From Octopus bimaculoides (lineage: Eukaryota), in NCBI RefSeq assembly GCF_001194135.2, contig NC_068994.1, positions 22,194,834-22,258,833 of the forward strand: a DNA stretch of 64,000 nt, read 5' to 3'. The translations under genes and the position numbers were made by a program. The notes beneath the pieces are model-generated. The model worked only from the letters and a program-made list of their open reading frames with translations, ran no database searches and had not been told where the DNA came from. Positions 62,657 to 64,000 of this stretch are shown here, piece after piece. The number at the start of each line of letters is the position of its first letter. Position 1 is the stretch's first letter.

Positions 62657-63660
62657 TAGGGGTGAAAAAAGTATTCGTACAGAACATAAATAACTGATAA
62701 TTCTGATTTAATACTTCGTAGCATAACCATTATTCAGTTCCACTTCAACCAATCTCTTCTTATAGTTCTTAATCAATGACTCGCATGTTTCTTTAGGAAT
62801 TTTTTCCCATTCTTCTTGACAAATTTTCTTGAAATCTGGAATGCACATTGGGGCTTTTGAATGAAGTTTAATATTCAAATAACGCCACAAATTTTCAATG
62901 AGGTTCATGTCAGGTGACTGGCTTAGCTATTCTAATAATTTTATATGTGATCGACAATCCATTTTTTGGTAGACTTCGCCGTGTGCTTAGAGTCGTTATC
63001 CTGTTGTAAAACCCACCCTTCACAAAGCTGGAGCTTTTCTAGAGTCCCATAAATTATTGTTCAAAATATTTTGGTACATCTCCGCCACATTTTACAATAG
63101 GAACTGTGTTTTTCAACGAATAGGTGGTACCATCTTTCCTCCAAATATGGCTACGCGAATTTCCTCCAAAAAGTTCGATTTTCGACTCGTCTGTCCAAAG
63201 AACATTTTCTTAGACTGTATCAGACTTATCTTTATGTTCATAAACAAATTTTAAACAGACATCTCTGTGCCTTTTAGTCAACAGTGGAGTTTTTCTAGGA
63301 CAGCATGACTTCAGTTCATTCCTATGAAGTTCATTGCTGATTGTTCGTAGTGTAACACTAGTCCCTGAAGCTACAAATCTTCTTGCAACTCCTTTCTGGT
63401 GATCATTGCATTATTTTTCAATTCTTCACTTCATTTTTCTTAAAGATCTAGGGGAAATCTTGTATGATGCACCGGATCTTATTCTGTTTTTAACAGTTCC
63501 CGATTTTTTATATCTTTGAATAAATGAAGATATGGTAGAAAATGGAATATAAAGGGTCTCTGATATTTTCTTGTAACTTTTACCTGCTTTCCACTGTTCA
63601 ATAATTAAGTTTTTCACTGAATTTGTGAGTTCTTTACTTTTGCCATTATTACAACACTAC
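62657..63660 (-). mobile_element. Tc1-like (DD34E-type) transposon, degraded
   Basis: N-terminal HTH (GKSYKKISETL), WTDESKIELF, QQDNDSKH and SPDMNLIENLW motifs. Confidence 0.85.
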
Positions 63661-63811
63661 TTTATGTTGTCTCAGTGCTGAATGAAGAAATTAGCGTTTT
63701 GACACTTAAAAATGACTACTGATAAGATTATTGGAACAAATGAGAAAGTTCTAGCAAAAAAAATTATTTTAACAGTATTTTGTGGCATAGAAAATCATAA
63801 ATTTATTCTGT

Positions 63812-64000
63812 ACTAGCAGAGATGCCTGGCGTTGCCCGTGTTACATGCAATTGAAAAATGAGACTTTTCTGTTATATTTTCTGTAAGGAACTGGAATACA
63901 TATGATTCGAATTTCATCAAAATTGCACATGAGGGTTCTTTCCCTCTTTACACACCCTAAAAAAATTCTAATCATGAGACATGTATCCCATACTATTGAT
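63812..64000 (+). mobile_element. Possible non-autonomous Helitron-like element end
   Basis: ACTAGCAGAGATGCCTGGCGTTGCCCG resembles terminal sequences of animal non-autonomous Helitrons; runs off the window. Confidence 0.3.

Overview
AT-rich, microsatellite-dense eukaryotic draft-assembly DNA with about 11 N-gaps. The SINE/RTE repeat families and the intronless C2H2 gene suggest a cephalopod, probably Octopus (inference from pattern recognition; not database-verified). The only convincing host gene is a single-exon 617-aa C2H2 zinc-finger ORF (19729-21582, +). It has 9 tandem fingers with an unusual, nearly invariant recognition helix: Arg at -1, Asp at +2 and Cys at +6. The rest is layered transposon debris: RTE LINEs, several Tx1/L1-like LINEs, an RLE-type (R4/Dong-like) LINE end, Penelope-like fragments, a Helitron Rep-helicase fossil, a Gypsy RNaseH-integrase fragment, solo LTRs, four Tc1/mariner elements, MITEs and two tRNA-derived SINE families. 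The most notable non-coding signal is a set of hammerhead-ribozyme (HHR)-like motifs. The clearest is a tandem pair 343 nt apart in ~240-bp direct repeats (5236-5820, - strand), whose two-copy consensus is a canonical type I hammerhead, i.e. a retrozyme/Penelope-pLTR-like architecture. Other highlights are a C4HC3 PHD finger embedded inside the RTE reverse transcriptase and a Helitron helicase joined directly to a LINE AP-endonuclease. Coordinates of degraded repeats are approximate.
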